The position numbers were made by a program, and so were the translations under genes. DNA of 64,000 nucleotides from Lama glama (taxonomy: Eukaryota). The notes under the pieces are model-generated. The model was given only the letters and a program-made list of their open reading frames with translations. It was not told where the DNA came from and searched no databases. Where the stretch lies: the NCBI GenBank assembly GCA_028534125.1, contig CM052818.1:43154001-43218000 (forward strand). Reading direction: 5' to 3'. This document shows, piece after piece, positions 61,281 through 64,000 of this stretch; the first letter of the stretch is position 1, and each line of letters starts with the position of its first letter.

Positions 61281-62789
61281 TGCAATTATTTTTTTCTTGC
61301 AGAGCAAGTAGCAGTAGTAATAGTATATGTGCATTTGGAGATAGTTTTTTTTAATTCTATTTACTATGTAAGATTTAGAATAAGTTTTCTTTTTATTATA
61401 AACATATTTAAAGTTTGTTGTTTTTTGTAATTTTATGCATTTCAAATTGGATTATGTCTCCAATTTCAACAGTTACCTTTACTGACACCATTAAATATTA
61501 AACATATTTTGCAAACAAATGTGTGCCTTTGTGCAGTATTCTTAATCATAAAACATTCATTTTGTCAAAAACGACATTAAGTATTAATATCTTCAGTCAT
61601 CGATATTTAATATATTCACATCCTACCTAAAGATAAGATTATTTCCATGAAATATTTATGACGCTTTTCACCTGTTCTGTGTGAACCTCATTGGAGACCT
61701 GGAAGTTAGAGTTGTCATCTATTTCTACAAAGCTGTGTAGACATAGCATTAAGTTACATTCATTTTGCATTCTTTTTTATTCAGCTTTCACAAATTCGAC
61801 TCTAAATATCAAGGTTTCTACACCTACGTAGATGTTTCCAAATTCATCTGGAGAAGTAATCACATCGTCTTCTGTACTCCTGTCATATGCTGTGCCTATA
61901 ATGATTTTAGTACTAGTTCTGATAGATTATGCTGTATTTTGTCGGTTCTAAAATGCCATTGATTGACTGATTGATTTTCATGGTTTCACATCTCTGCACT
62001 TGGGATGTTTCTTTTAATCAATGTCATCTTATAGTTGCTGTCAATGAGACATCAGTCACGATGTCTGTGCCGTGGTCTGTGCACGCACATCAAAAGCAAC
62101 ACCACTGGAATTTAGAAGAAACTTCCAGAAAGGAAATGTGGAAATATTTCTAACCCTCAGCATCAAATTAACTGCAGGGAGGGGAGGAGTGAGGTGAAAA
62201 ATCAGAAATTTAGAGTAATATTTCAAAAGGAGGAATAAACATTTCAAATCTAGATGAATGGCTTTTAGTTCCTTATGAATTGTTTTAAGTTCAGCAACAA
62301 CATCAAGACTTATGATGACATTGATTGGATAAACACAGGGTTGACAACTCTGAGTTGAAAAGGGATTCAAAAGAATCAAACTACAAGTGTGAAGAAATTT
62401 TAAGAATAACTTAACCAATTTAATTTTGAGTAGATCTCAAAAAGCTCTTTCAAGAATAACACAGTAAGAATTCTATATAATAAGTGCAGTGTGTTGCAAC
62501 TGTCAATACACCAGCTGTATTTTATGTCTCAGCAGCACACAGCACAGTGGCGCGTGTTGTGATCGGTAATGTCCTGGCCTCACTGCGATGAAGTATTCAC
62601 ACGCCTGCTCCTCCAGACCGCGAGCTCCTCCAAGTCAAGCGCCATGTGTTACTCATCCTTGTGTTCTTCCCGCCAAGTACAACATTTGGCTTAGGGAGAA
62701 AGGTACTAAATAAATATAGGAATAAACAAATGAAAGATTCATTTTTGTGTGTACAGCTTGTCTCCCTCAACTGAGGCACAGAGTCTTGG

Positions 62790-63300
62790 ATTGATTCTTT
62801 GATTTATGCACCAGGAACTTACTGGGTTCCTCTTGTGTCAGGCATTAAAAATGTTAAAAAAAAAAAAAAAAGACATACAGTTCCTGCTTTCAAAGAGCCC
62901 ATGGACTAGTGAATAGTTATAGGTACAGAAAGACGTCCAAGCCTGCACTGAGCGCTCCCGATTCAGTGGAAGCATACAAAAGGGTGAAATGAAGTCAGAC
63001 TACGTGAGGGAAAGGGAGCTTGAGCTGAGACTTAAATGAGGAGAACAAATATTCAAGACAAGTGAAGTAAGGTAGCTCTTCTAGGTACACAGAGCAGTAT
63101 CCACAGAGCAAAGGGAACAGGGAACTGCCAGGAGCCCAGTGTGACAAAGAACCAAGTATATGTGTACAGGAAGTTAGAAATAGTGGGGCATGAAGCTGGA
63201 GGAAAAACGGAAGGAAGTTTGTGGAGACTTTTACGCCATGATTAATCTGATAAGCTTACAATTCATAAAAAATATTCTGCAAATGATATAAAGCAAAACC
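62790..63300 (-). mobile_element. L2 3' fragment
   Basis: 'tgattctttgatttatgcaccaggaacttactgggttcctcttgtgtcaggcatt...agacatacagttcctgctttcaaagagccc...gagctgagacttaaatgagg'. Confidence 0.7.
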
Positions 63301-64000
63301 TTACACAGACGTAACTCCCGATGAATCATGGAAAGATGCTATGGGCTAATGTCTGACATGAGGGACCAGCGTAGAGAAAGGAGCTAGAGAGACTTTCTCC
63401 CCGGTGGGCTGATGGGACAGACAGAAGGAGATGAGAACAAACTACCCACCACACATCAAATAGACAATAGTGCATTGTGCGTTTCCCTGGGAACCATTTC
63501 TGTTTCTTTGTTTATCCATTTGCTATTTTCAGGAGTTTAATAGCATTGCTCATCTCCAAGGTATGCGAGTTTGACCCTGGAGGGGACAGGCAATTTAACT
63601 TCTGAATTTGAATGGAAGATTAAGGAAGGGGTTAGTGATGTTGACATTTGCATGCCAATAAGTGTGTCAGCAAATGGAAGAGAGGTTCATTACTGGAATG
63701 TGACCCTTGAAAGTGTCATATTGACAATGCCGGAGAAAATCACCGCGGTGTGGACCAGGAGTCAGGCAATCAGATTAGGTTAGTTAGATCCCAGCAGAAG
63801 TCAAAGATCCTGCCACATCTATTTTAATTTATTCTCTCTCAACATTATTTCCTCTAGTCTTCATAATAGATTCCATTATTTACATATTGATCTCTCCATT
63901 AGAATCCAAGACCTCTGAACCATGCCTCCACTGTCAATCATTTCTGCATTTTCCCACAATGTCACTCAAACAGGTAGTGTTAAAATAGGAACTCTGGAAA

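Noticed and set aside
1..64000. Prokaryotic-type systems (CRISPR arrays, operons, defence islands) and the remaining short ORFs
   Set aside because: The sequence is mammalian repeat-rich DNA with no regularly spaced repeat-spacer array; the 60-120 aa ORFs are repeat-derived or at chance frequency.

Overview
AT-rich, CpG-depleted mammalian genomic DNA, intergenic or deep intronic, most likely from a camelid (alpaca, vicuna or camel). The taxon call rests on a tRNA-Ala-derived vic-1-type SINE at 42.1 kb and three young cetartiodactyl-type L1 3' ends. I recognise no intact protein-coding gene: the supplied ORFs are repeat-derived, microsatellite-derived or chance. Most identifiable content is interspersed repeat: MIR, L2, old L1M fragments, Tigger1, MER2, MER45B, MLT1 and ERVL/ERV1 LTRs. 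The items most worth follow-up are (1) a young, intact ERV1 solo LTR with an ATAT TSD, TATA/CCAAT boxes and an R-region stem-loop; (2) a probable decayed retrocopy of an unidentified gene, inserted into an old L1 and itself interrupted by Tigger1; (3) a twin-primed, 5'-inverted L1; (4) short local duplications of otherwise unexplained sequence; and (5) a few CpG-retaining or motif-dense unique patches that may be exons, promoters or enhancers. I see no convincing evidence of a new biological system. Repeat family names are from memory of consensus sequences, and boundaries of old repeats are approximate (tens of bp).
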